This document shows, piece after piece, positions 39,599 through 48,347 of a stretch of 64,000 nt of DNA. The first letter of the stretch is position 1. Every line of letters begins with the position of its first letter. The stretch comes from Myxococcota bacterium (GTDB lineage: Bacteria > Myxococcota_A > UBA796 > UBA2385), in assembly GCA_044344255.1 (NCBI GenBank), contig JBIJDH010000008.1, positions 192,001 to 256,000 on the forward strand, given 5' to 3'. The position numbers were made by a program, and so were the translations under genes. The notes under the pieces are model-generated. The model was given only the letters and a program-made list of their open reading frames with translations, was not told the DNA's origin and searched no databases.

Positions 39599-41041
39599 AT
39601 GGTGCCGACCAGCCACCTCGGAGGCCGCTTGCGGGTCCTGCTCATCAATCCTGCCATGAACATGCGCAAGCTGGGGCGCTTCGCCGGACTCCTCGAGCCG
39701 ATGCCCTGCATCGGGCTGGCCTACATCGCCGCCGCGCTCGAGCAGCACGGCTGCCACGTGCGGGTCATCGACATGTTCGCCGAGAAGCTCTCCGGCGAGG
39801 AGGTCGTCGACCGCGCCGCCCGCTTCAAGCCCGACCTCGTCGGCATGACCGTGCTCACACCGTCTGCCCCCGTCTGCGCCGAGCTCTCCGGGCGCATCCG
39901 GGCGCGGCTCCCCGACGTCCGGATCGTCTGGGGAGGGGTCCACGCCGACGTGTTCGCCGCCGAGATCGTGCGGGCCCACGAGGCTGACTTCTGCGTCCAC
40001 CACGACGGAGAGGTGACCGTCTGCGAGCTGGTCGACGCCATGGCCACCGGCGGGCAGGACTACGCCTCCGTGGACGGCCTCACCTGGAAGAGCACCGACG
40101 GTCAGGTGATCACCAACAAGGGCCGCGTGCTCAACCGCGACCTCGACGATCTGCCCTACCCGGCCTGGCACCTCTTCCCGTACCACCGCTACGGCCTGCT
40201 CCCCTTCGCTGACTTCGCCAAGCCCGTGCTGACGATGACGGGCTCCCGGGGCTGCCCCTACCGCTGCGACTATTGCTCGCTCATCAACACGGGTGGCAAG
40301 ATCTACCGCAAGCGCGATCCCATCAAGATCGTCGATGAGTACGAGTTCCTCGTCGATCGGTACGGGGTCAAGCAGATCGGCTTCGTCGATCCCATCTTCC
40401 CGCTCGTCAAGAAGGACCTCGAGCCCTTCTGCGTCGAGCTCGTCCGCCGCGGCCTCGACAAGCGGTGCCAGTGGCTCTCCGAGACCCGCTGTGACCGCCT
40501 CGACGCCGACACCGCGCGCATCATGTACGAGGGCGGCTGCCGTCGCGTGTTGATGGGCATTGAGTCCGGCTCCGACATGCTGCTCGGCAACGTGAACAAG
40601 AACATCACCACGGCCAAGGTCCGAGAGGGCGTCAAGCACGCCCGCGACGCCGGCATCCAGACCGTGGGTCTGTTCATGATCGGGATGCCCGGCGAGACCC
40701 CCGAGATGACGAAGGAGACGGTCGAGTTCGCGGTCGATCTCGACCTCGACTTCGCCAAGTTCGCGATCACCGTGCCCTTCCCCGGCAGCAAGCTCTTCGA
40801 GGATCGGTGGCAGAAGGACCTCTTCCGCGACGACTGGGACAACTACACCACCTTCAACCCCAACCCCGACCAGCTCATCTACCACCCGCCCGACTACGAT
40901 CCCGCGCTGCTGATCGAGATGCAGAGCTGGGCCCTTCGGCGCTTCTACATGCGGCCCGCCCAGCTCAAGCGACAGTTCGTCGAACTGCGCACGATCAGCC
41001 CGAAGATGCTGCTCTACGGCCTCTACGGCATGGCGATCTGA
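39599..41041 (+). CDS. B12-binding radical SAM protein
   Basis: IGLAYIAAAL, WGGVHA, SRGCPYRCDYC (CxxxCxxC), GIESGS, FMIGMPGET, PFPGS. Confidence 0.92.
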   Translation: MVPTSHLGGRLRVLLINPAMNMRKLGRFAGLLEPMPCIGLAYIAAALEQHGCHVRVIDMFAEKLSGEEVVDRAARFKPDLVGMTVLTPSAPVCAELSGRIRARLPDVRIVWGGVHADVFAAEIVRAHEADFCVHHDGEVTVCELVDAMATGGQDYASVDGLTWKSTDGQVITNKGRVLNRDLDDLPYPAWHLFPYHRYGLLPFADFAKPVLTMTGSRGCPYRCDYCSLINTGGKIYRKRDPIKIVDEYEFLVDRYGVKQIGFVDPIFPLVKKDLEPFCVELVRRGLDKRCQWLSETRCDRLDADTARIMYEGGCRRVLMGIESGSDMLLGNVNKNITTAKVREGVKHARDAGIQTVGLFMIGMPGETPEMTKETVEFAVDLDLDFAKFAITVPFPGSKLFEDRWQKDLFRDDWDNYTTFNPNPDQLIYHPPDYDPALLIEMQSWALRRFYMRPAQLKRQFVELRTISPKMLLYGLYGMAI

Positions 41042-41075
41042 GCCCGTCAAGGGGCCGCCCAGAGGACTCCCACCC

Positions 41076-43121
41076 ATGTACGCCGCCCGCTCCCTGCGCA
41101 TGTTCACGCTGATCGGACTCCTCACGGGCTGCGCCGGCGCCGACAAGGGGGCCGGCGGCGAGGGGGACGGCGCGGTCATCCTCGATCCCGACGGGGACGG
41201 CTACGCCGGGGAGGCCGACTGCGACGAGGGGGATCCCACGCTCCACCCGGGCGCGGAGGAGCGCTGCGACGGGGTTGACCAGGACTGTGACGGCGTGATC
41301 GACGAAGACCCCGTCGACGGCGCCGCCTACTTCCAAGACGCCGACGGGGACGGCTTCGGCGATCCCCTCACCCCCGTCCAGGCCTGCACGTTGACAGAGG
41401 GCCTCAGCCAGGACGGGGCCGACTGCGACGACACCGACGCCGCGGTCTCCCCGGCCGCGACCGAGGTCTGTGACGATGTAGACAATGACTGTGACAGCGT
41501 CACCGACGACGTCGCGCCGGAAGACCTGCTCACCTGGTGGATCGACGAAGACGGAGACGGCCACGGCGACCCCGCCCTCAGCCTCTCCCAGTGTGAGCCC
41601 CCGCTCGGCTACGCCGCGCTCGGGGATGACTGCGACGACCTCGATCCGGCCGTACACCCCGACGCCGTCGAGCGCTGCGACCCCCTCGACACCGACGAGG
41701 ACTGCGACGGCGCGGCCGAGGAGGCCGACGACAGCCTCGATGAGGGCTCCCTCATCGAGTGGTACCCGGACGAAGACGAGGACGGCTACGGCGCCGGGAG
41801 CCCCTCCCTCGCCTGCGAGGCCCCCTCGACCGCCCACGTCAACCAGAGCGGCGACTGCGACGATCTCAACCCGGCCGTCTCACCGAGCGCCCGGGAGCGC
41901 TGTGACCCCCTCGACACCGACGAGGACTGCGACGGCCTCGCCGATGACGCCGACAGCTCGGTCGACCCCTCGACGATGGACACATTCTACGAGGACGCCG
42001 ACGCCGACGGCTTCGGGGCCGAGGGCGCCGGGGCCCCCTCCTGCGACCCGCCGCCCGGCACCTCGGCCCTCTCGACGGACTGCGACGACGACGCCCCCGC
42101 GATCCACCCCGGGGTGACCGAGGTCTGTGACACCCTCGACAATGACTGTGACCGCCAGATCGACGAGGGGCTCACCGGCGACTGGTACCCCGACGCCGAC
42201 GGCGACGGCTTCGGCGATCGCGAGTCCAGCGCCACGACCGGCTGCGCCCCCACCGGCTACCTCGCCGACTCGAGCGACTGCAACGACGGCGACTCCGCGA
42301 TCCAGGACTGCGGCTTCCCGCTCTTCACCGGCAGCGTGAGCGCGACCTGGACCTCCCGAGCCGCCTCCGCGTGGACGTCCAGCCTCGGGAGCCTGTCGAG
42401 CTACTGGCCGACCGACGAGAGCGACCTCGTCAACCTCTACGGCTCGCCCGCTCAGTCCTACGACCCCACCGCCAACCTCTGGTCGAAGGGCAGCACGACG
42501 AACCCGCTCAGCACCGCCTACTTCGCCGGCGGCGCCCCCTTCAACGGCTACCTGTGGGTGATCCGTAAGGGCAAGGTCTACCGCTACGACCCCCTCACCG
42601 ACAGCTTCGCCACCGCCGCCTCCTTCACGATGACCGACGACAAGTCGATGACGGAGTCCGATGAGGAGGGGGTGGTCTACGGCTACGACGGCGCGGGAGA
42701 GCTCATCACCTACGACACCCTCACGAGCACGCTCACAGAGTCCTCGACCGGCCTCGGCGCGCTGACACAGACCCGCCTCGCTTACGATCCCACCCATCGC
42801 TGGCTCTTCGTCGGCGCCTACGACGGGCCCGAGCTCTACCGCTACGACATCCTCGCCGACACCTGGAGCGCGGTCAGCCCCATCCCGGAGACCCAGCTCA
42901 ACGACATCTTCTGCGGGGACCGCTCGGGGCACATCTACGCGGCGGGAGGCACGAGCGGGACGACGATCTACCAGTACACCACCGCCACCGACACCTGGAC
43001 CACCATCACCGCCTTCCCGGTGAGCCACGCCAACGCGGGCGCCTGTACGGTCTCCGATGACGGCTACCTCTACGTGAGCACCGGCAGCGCCTCGGTCTTC
43101 TACCGCCTCGCGCTCTACTGA
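41076..43121 (+). CDS. Lipoprotein with Asp/Cys metal-binding (MopE-related) repeats and C-terminal Kelch-like propeller
   Basis: Lipobox LTGC. About 6 DCDD...E.CD..D.DCDG repeats. YDP...W, YD...DTW and IYAAGG motifs. Confidence 0.85.
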   Translation: MYAARSLRMFTLIGLLTGCAGADKGAGGEGDGAVILDPDGDGYAGEADCDEGDPTLHPGAEERCDGVDQDCDGVIDEDPVDGAAYFQDADGDGFGDPLTPVQACTLTEGLSQDGADCDDTDAAVSPAATEVCDDVDNDCDSVTDDVAPEDLLTWWIDEDGDGHGDPALSLSQCEPPLGYAALGDDCDDLDPAVHPDAVERCDPLDTDEDCDGAAEEADDSLDEGSLIEWYPDEDEDGYGAGSPSLACEAPSTAHVNQSGDCDDLNPAVSPSARERCDPLDTDEDCDGLADDADSSVDPSTMDTFYEDADADGFGAEGAGAPSCDPPPGTSALSTDCDDDAPAIHPGVTEVCDTLDNDCDRQIDEGLTGDWYPDADGDGFGDRESSATTGCAPTGYLADSSDCNDGDSAIQDCGFPLFTGSVSATWTSRAASAWTSSLGSLSSYWPTDESDLVNLYGSPAQSYDPTANLWSKGSTTNPLSTAYFAGGAPFNGYLWVIRKGKVYRYDPLTDSFATAASFTMTDDKSMTESDEEGVVYGYDGAGELITYDTLTSTLTESSTGLGALTQTRLAYDPTHRWLFVGAYDGPELYRYDILADTWSAVSPIPETQLNDIFCGDRSGHIYAAGGTSGTTIYQYTTATDTWTTITAFPVSHANAGACTVSDDGYLYVSTGSASVFYRLALY

Positions 43122-43672
43122 CCGCGGGCGGTGAGGCGGGCCCGCCAGGCCTGCACGCTCTCCCCGGCCTGATCCCGGGCGGAGAGCAGGGGTGGCCCTT
43201 GGAGGGGCCAGGGGATGGCGAGCTCGGGGTCATCCCAGCGGAGCACCCGCTCGTCTTCGGGCCGGTAGGGCGCGGTGAGCTTGTAGTCCACCAGGGCCTC
43301 GGCGCTGCGGACGTAGAAGCCGTGGGCGAAGCCAGGGGGGATCCAGAGCGACTCGCGGACCTGATCGCTGAGGTCGATGCACATCGCCTGGCCGGCCGTC
43401 GGCGAGCGGGGGCGGACATCGACGAGCACGTCGAAGATCTGCCCCACCAGCACCCGCAGCAGCTTCCCTTGGGGCTCGGCCTCCTGGTAGTGAAGCCCGC
43501 GGAGCGCGCCGTGGATCGAGCGGCTCAAGTTCTCTTGGGCGAAGGCGGTGGGCAGACCGAGGGCGGCGAGCGCATCGGCCTGGAACGTCACCCAGAGGGC
43601 GCCCCGGGCGTCCTCAAAAGGAGAGGGTCGAAGCCGAAGAGGGCCGGAGAGCGCGCAAGGGAGGGCCAACAT
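43115..43672 (-). CDS. rfbC: dTDP-4-dehydrorhamnose 3,5-epimerase
   Basis: DARG, QENLSRS, LRGLHYQ, PQGKL, VDVR..SPT, WIPPGFAHGF, WDDP.L.I.WP. Confidence 0.93.
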   Translation of the reverse strand: MLALPCALSGPLRLRPSPFEDARGALWVTFQADALAALGLPTAFAQENLSRSIHGALRGLHYQEAEPQGKLLRVLVGQIFDVLVDVRPRSPTAGQAMCIDLSDQVRESLWIPPGFAHGFYVRSAEALVDYKLTAPYRPEDERVLRWDDPELAIPWPLQGPPLLSARDQAGESVQAWRARLTARGQ

Positions 43673-43770
43673 CCTGCCTCCCTAGCCCGCGCTCGCCTCG
43701 GGATCGAGCTGTCCGCTCCTTGTCAGATCCTGCGCTTGATTCGTGCGGGTGGGTGGTCTACGATCAGATC

Positions 43771-45624
43771 ATGGCCCCTATCGATCCTTCGACCAGCGCT
43801 GGCCCGACGACGATCGCCTCGGAGAGCCCCGAGGTGGGCCGCTCTACCCTGATCACCACCCTCAAGGTCTTCGTGCTGGGCTTCGCGCTCGGCTCGGGCT
43901 GGATCGTCTACCACTCGAGGGAGCTCCGCGGGCAGCTGGAGGAGCGGGTTCACACCCTCAGCGCGCTAGGGGGCCTCAGCCGCACCGTGGAGATGGCGTT
44001 CGCGGCTCCGGCCGCCGACGGAGCGGCGCAGGACCGCCTCCGCCAGGCCGTGGAGGACGTCGAGCAGCTCCGCCCGGGCCTGATCGCCGCGCTGCCCGAG
44101 GTCCCCGTGGCCCGCTCCCTGGACGAGCTCCACGCGGGGCTGATCGGCCTCCAAACGACGCCCCCGTCCGCGGACGCCGCCCTGCGGGCCAACGAGGCGA
44201 TCGGCACCCTCAGTCAAGCCCTCCGCCTCGAGACGGCCGCGATCTCGACGAGCCTCGGCTCCCTCTGGAGTGGCCTCAACGTGCTCGTGCTCGTCGCCCT
44301 CGCCTTCGCCTGGGCCACGCTGAGCTACGCCACCCACAGCCGAGGCTTGGAGGCCGCTCTCGGGCGCCTCCGCGAGGCGCTGGCGCTGTCCAACGCGACC
44401 GCCGAGCGGGCCAGCGAGGCCGAAGCGGAGGCCCAACGCCAGATCGAGCTCTTCGTGGCCCTCGGCGGCGGCGGCGGCTGGACCTGGAGCGCCGGGGGGG
44501 CCATGCGCTACTCCCGCGCCTGGAGGGGGATGCTCGGGCTCCCCGCCGACGCGCCCCTCGAGGCCCTCTCCGACTGGTTCGACCGCCTCCACCCGGACGA
44601 CCGGGCCCCGGTCGAGGAGGCCTTCGAGCGCCACCTCTTCGGCGGCGACTCCACCCTCGAGCTCCGCTACCGGATCCGTCACGAGGACGGCCGCTGGCGG
44701 AGGATGCGCACCCAGGCCACCTCAGAGCGCGGCGCCACCGGGGAGGTCGAGCGTATGGTGGGCCTACAGCTCGAAGGGGCTGAACCCCGCGTGACCGCGC
44801 CCCTGCCCGACCGCAGCGCGCTCCTCCGCCAGGTGAGTGACGGGCTCGGGCTCGGCCTGCTCACCCTCCACGCCGACGGCAGCATCTCCTCCCTCGGCCC
44901 CACCCTCGAGCGGCTGACGGCCCCCTGGGGGGACGTCAGCGGCTGGTGGCGGGCGGTCCAGCGCAACTTGAGCTGGCCCCGACAGGTCACCTGTCCGACC
45001 TGTCGCCAGACCGTCCCCACCGGCCCCAGCGTGGCCGAGGTCTACACCGCCGAGGGCGCGCGCCGCACCTTCCGAATCCACTGGACCGGGCACGGCCACA
45101 GCCTCAGCGCCGACGATCCGCCCCTGGTGCTCACGGTGGAGGACATCACGGACGACACCACCCAGCGCGAGGACGTGCAGGACGTCCGCCACGACCTCGC
45201 CCGCACCCGCGAAGAGATGAACACCATCATCGAGCGCAGCCACGACGCGATCGCGCTCGTGGCGGACGGTCGGGTCCTCTACGGCAACCTCGCCCTGCGC
45301 CAGCTCGTCGGCGTCTCCGAGCCCGAGGGCCTCGCCGGCCGCCGCTTCGAGGACCTCGTCCGGGTGCCCGCAGGCAGCCGCCCCGGCACCCTGCCCGAGC
45401 TCCGCCGCCCCGATGGCCGCAGCCTGCCCGTCGTCGTCGCGGCCCCGCTCCCGATCGAATTCCAGGAGCAGCAGGTCGAGCTCATCTCCATCACCCCAGG
45501 CTGGTTCGCTCGCCTCGATGACCTCGACCCGGACTCCTCCCTCGACGGAGTGGCCTCCCTCGTCCCCGGCACACCGCCGCCGCCCGGCGAGCTCAGAATG
45601 GCGGTTCAACCCCGGTCTCGCTGA
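43771..45624 (+). CDS. Membrane sensor-like protein with PAS domains and no recognisable output domain
   Basis: Two TM helices. YS..W..MLG...WFDRLHPDDR...YRIRHEDGRWR (PAS). VEDIT. Second PAS-like DAI...GRVLYGN.A. Confidence 0.7.
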   Translation: MAPIDPSTSAGPTTIASESPEVGRSTLITTLKVFVLGFALGSGWIVYHSRELRGQLEERVHTLSALGGLSRTVEMAFAAPAADGAAQDRLRQAVEDVEQLRPGLIAALPEVPVARSLDELHAGLIGLQTTPPSADAALRANEAIGTLSQALRLETAAISTSLGSLWSGLNVLVLVALAFAWATLSYATHSRGLEAALGRLREALALSNATAERASEAEAEAQRQIELFVALGGGGGWTWSAGGAMRYSRAWRGMLGLPADAPLEALSDWFDRLHPDDRAPVEEAFERHLFGGDSTLELRYRIRHEDGRWRRMRTQATSERGATGEVERMVGLQLEGAEPRVTAPLPDRSALLRQVSDGLGLGLLTLHADGSISSLGPTLERLTAPWGDVSGWWRAVQRNLSWPRQVTCPTCRQTVPTGPSVAEVYTAEGARRTFRIHWTGHGHSLSADDPPLVLTVEDITDDTTQREDVQDVRHDLARTREEMNTIIERSHDAIALVADGRVLYGNLALRQLVGVSEPEGLAGRRFEDLVRVPAGSRPGTLPELRRPDGRSLPVVVAAPLPIEFQEQQVELISITPGWFARLDDLDPDSSLDGVASLVPGTPPPPGELRMAVQPRSR

Positions 45625-45702
45625 AATGTCTGCGGGGCGACCGTCCACGGGCCCCTCAGGTCCCGCGCGGGCCGGGTAGACTGCGCGACCCTGGAGGCGC
45701 CT

Positions 45703-47223
45703 GTGCCCGCGCTGTTGTTCCCCTCGCTCGCCCTGCTCTTGAACGCCGGCGGCGCCCGTGCCGCCGAGCTCACCGTCCTGGACGGGGAGTCCATCCAGGC
45801 CGCCCTGGACGTCGCCCTCCCCGGCGACACGATCACCGTCGAGTCCGGCACCTACGTCGAGTCCCTCCTCACCGCGGTCGACGGCGCGATCACGCTGCAA
45901 GCCGCCGAGGGGGCCACCGTCGTCGTCCAGGGCTCGCCGGCCCTCACCGTCTCGCACGCCGATCTCACCGTGGAGAACCTCATCCTCGAGGGGGCCTACG
46001 CCGCGGGCCCCGTCGTGGCGGTGGGAGACGGCGGGCACCGATTCCGCCTCGTCGGCGGCGAGGTGCGGGAGAGCGCGCGGAGCTGCCTCGTCATCGGCGC
46101 GCCCGAGGCGGTGCGCATCGAGCGCACGGTGATCCACCACTGCCTCTGGTGGGAGGACGCCCCCGAAGAGGCGCACGCGGTCGTCGCCGGCGCCGTCCAG
46201 GGCCTGCTCCTGAGCGCGGTCGAGCTCCACACCTTCTCCGGCAGCGGCGTCCAGCTCGACCCCGACCGCGCCGAGGCCGGCTGGGCCGACCTCACCATCG
46301 AGAGCTCCACGATCTGGCTGGCGCCGCTCACCGAGGCGGTGGCCGGCTTCAGCGTGGGCGCAGTCCCCGGCCGCAGCGCCCTCGAGACCCGCACCGCCAC
46401 CACCCCCGAGCGCGCCACCGTGGTCGTGCGCGACACCTGGGTCTACGGCTTCAAGGACGGGCCCGATCCCGAGGCCGCCGCCTTCAACTTGAAGGAGAAG
46501 GTGGACGTCACCCTCGACCGGGTGCGCATCTCGGACAGCACGATCGGGCTCCGCGCCCTCGGCCCCAGCGACACCCGCCCCGACAGCGTGATCGTGCGCG
46601 TGCAAAACAGCCTCTTCTGGGACCTCGGCGTGGCCCTCCAGGCCGAGGACGAGGTGGAGACGCTCCAGGTCTGGAACGACACCCTCGGCCTCAACGTCAC
46701 CGCGCCCCTGGTGCTCCTCACCGACAGCGGCACGGGCATTGACCTCCGCAACACCCTCGTCGTCGGCACCCTGCCCGCCCAGGCTGTCGCCGCCCTCGGC
46801 AACCTCGCCACCGATCAGACCGCCTTCGAGGACGCCGTCGCCGACGACTACCACCTCATGGAGACCGCCACCGCGGTCGACGCGGGCGTGGAGCTCCCCG
46901 AGGTCATCGGCGACCTCGACCAGGACACCCGGCCGCAGGGCCTCGCCTGGGACGTCGGCGCCGACGAGCGCGTCAACACCGACACCGGCGCCGACACCGG
47001 CGGCACGGACGGCACCGACGGCACCGGCGCCGACACAGGCCTCACCGTCGATGACACCGGCGTCCCCACCACCCCCGGCACGTCGGCGGCGATGGACGCA
47101 GGCGAGAAGGGCGGCTGCTCCTGCACCACCGCAGGCGGCGCGGGCGCCCTCCGTCGCACCACCGGCCTGCTCGGCCTCTTGGGCCTGCTCGGCCTCCGCC
47201 TCTTCCGGGCGCGCCGCCGCTGA
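45703..47223 (+). CDS. Secreted pectin-lyase-like beta-helix protein with MYXO-CTERM-like anchor
   Basis: Signal peptide. SIQAALD.A.PGDTI.V..GTY. DYHL...AVDAG...RPQG..WDVGADE. GGCSCTT...LLGLRLFRARRR. Confidence 0.8.
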   Translation: MPALLFPSLALLLNAGGARAAELTVLDGESIQAALDVALPGDTITVESGTYVESLLTAVDGAITLQAAEGATVVVQGSPALTVSHADLTVENLILEGAYAAGPVVAVGDGGHRFRLVGGEVRESARSCLVIGAPEAVRIERTVIHHCLWWEDAPEEAHAVVAGAVQGLLLSAVELHTFSGSGVQLDPDRAEAGWADLTIESSTIWLAPLTEAVAGFSVGAVPGRSALETRTATTPERATVVVRDTWVYGFKDGPDPEAAAFNLKEKVDVTLDRVRISDSTIGLRALGPSDTRPDSVIVRVQNSLFWDLGVALQAEDEVETLQVWNDTLGLNVTAPLVLLTDSGTGIDLRNTLVVGTLPAQAVAALGNLATDQTAFEDAVADDYHLMETATAVDAGVELPEVIGDLDQDTRPQGLAWDVGADERVNTDTGADTGGTDGTDGTGADTGLTVDDTGVPTTPGTSAAMDAGEKGGCSCTTAGGAGALRRTTGLLGLLGLLGLRLFRARRR

Positions 47224-47266
47224 TCCCCGCGGCGCCGATCCCCGCGGCGCCGATCCCCGCGGCGCT
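47222..47266. repeat. 15-nt tandem repeat GATCCCCGCGGCGCC x3 between convergent genes
   Basis: Units at 47222, 47237, 47252. Confidence 0.9.
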
Positions 47267-47382
47267 CCGGGGTCCCCCAAACGAGCCCGCCCCTCCACAC
47301 CCCGCCAAGCTTGGCGGAGCGGGAGGGGCGGTCCTTCACCGGCGGAGCCACGCTGGCCCCGCCGGTGAATGAGGCGATCCGA

Positions 47383-48036
47383 TCAGATGCGGATCGAGAG
47401 GCCGGTGCGGAGCCCGATGTTCTGGAGCTTGGCCTCGGTGTCCTTGACCTCGTCGCCATCGAAGAAGAACTTGCCCTTGCCGCCTTCGTAGCTGAGCGAG
47501 GTGTCGATCGAGGCGCGCTTCATGATCTTGTAGCGAACGCCCGCGTCGAGGCCGTACACGGTCCACTTCTGCTGCGTGACCGGGTCGCCCGAGGAGGCGC
47601 GCTCGATGCCCACGTTGACCTGACCGAAGCCGACGAGGGACTCGCCGATCTTCTGGTTGTAGCCGCCGTAGAGCTGGAAGCCGGCGTGGGTGTTGGGGTC
47701 ACCGTCGCCGTCGGTGGCCTTGTTCTCGGGGTCGGACTCAACGCTGTCCGTGAGCTTCGAGTAGGCCAGGAACGCGCCAACCTCGACGTTCTTGGTGGCC
47801 ATGTAGCCAACGCCGAAGCGGGCCGGCTGGTCAAAGAGGGCGAGGCCGGAGGTCTTCGTCTTGGAGGAGACGTCGCTGGAGCCACCCGTGAAGGTGACCG
47901 TCGTCGAGTTGCTGACGAAGATCGGGGTGCTCAGGGACACGCGAACCTTGCCTTCATCGTCCCCACCACCCTTGCCCTTCTTGGCGAACGCAGCGGGAGA
48001 GGCAACGAGGACAGCGAGCAGCAGCAAGCGCTTCAT
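47383..48036 (-). CDS. Outer membrane beta-barrel protein
   Basis: Signal peptide MKRLLLLAVLVASPAAFA. Alternating beta strands. C-terminal LRTGLSIRI. AAGGAG RBS. Confidence 0.75.
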   Translation of the reverse strand: MKRLLLLAVLVASPAAFAKKGKGGGDDEGKVRVSLSTPIFVSNSTTVTFTGGSSDVSSKTKTSGLALFDQPARFGVGYMATKNVEVGAFLAYSKLTDSVESDPENKATDGDGDPNTHAGFQLYGGYNQKIGESLVGFGQVNVGIERASSGDPVTQQKWTVYGLDAGVRYKIMKRASIDTSLSYEGGKGKFFFDGDEVKDTEAKLQNIGLRTGLSIRI

Positions 48037-48284
48037 GGAGGGCTCCTTGGGTCTGGGAAGAACGGCGCAAAGGTACCATGACCTGCCACCGTGTGCACGG
48101 TGACGCAGGCCGAGCCCCGACATTCGAGGCCTCCCCTGTGAAGTTCGATCCAATTCCCGATCACAGCCGCGGAGATCCAGGCCACGGCGAGGCCGCCGCG
48201 CGCCGCCACCTGTGCGGGATCAGCCCCGGTACCAGATCCTCGCGATCCGGGCCCTGCGGCCGGCTCCCAGCCAACCCGGCACCT

Positions 48285-48341
48285 CTCCAGGGCGTAGCGG
48301 CCGAGGATCCGCCTGGATAGGCTGCTCTCCTCGCCCTGGAG
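48285..48341 (+). promoter_or_regulatory. Leader hairpin occluding the RBS of the first retron-operon gene
   Basis: CTCCAGGGCG (48285-48294) / CGCCCTGGAG (48332-48341) is a perfect 10-bp inverted repeat. Inner stems AGCGGCC/GGCTGCT and ATCC/GGAT. GGAG is in the 3' arm. Confidence 0.5.
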
Positions 48342-48347
48342 TCCGTC

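Noticed and set aside
37565..43121. Radical SAM between two Cys/Asp-repeat proteins as a RiPP cluster
   Set aside because: No short precursor peptide, SPASM/RRE domain or transporter is evident. The flanking proteins are common exported repeat lipoproteins.
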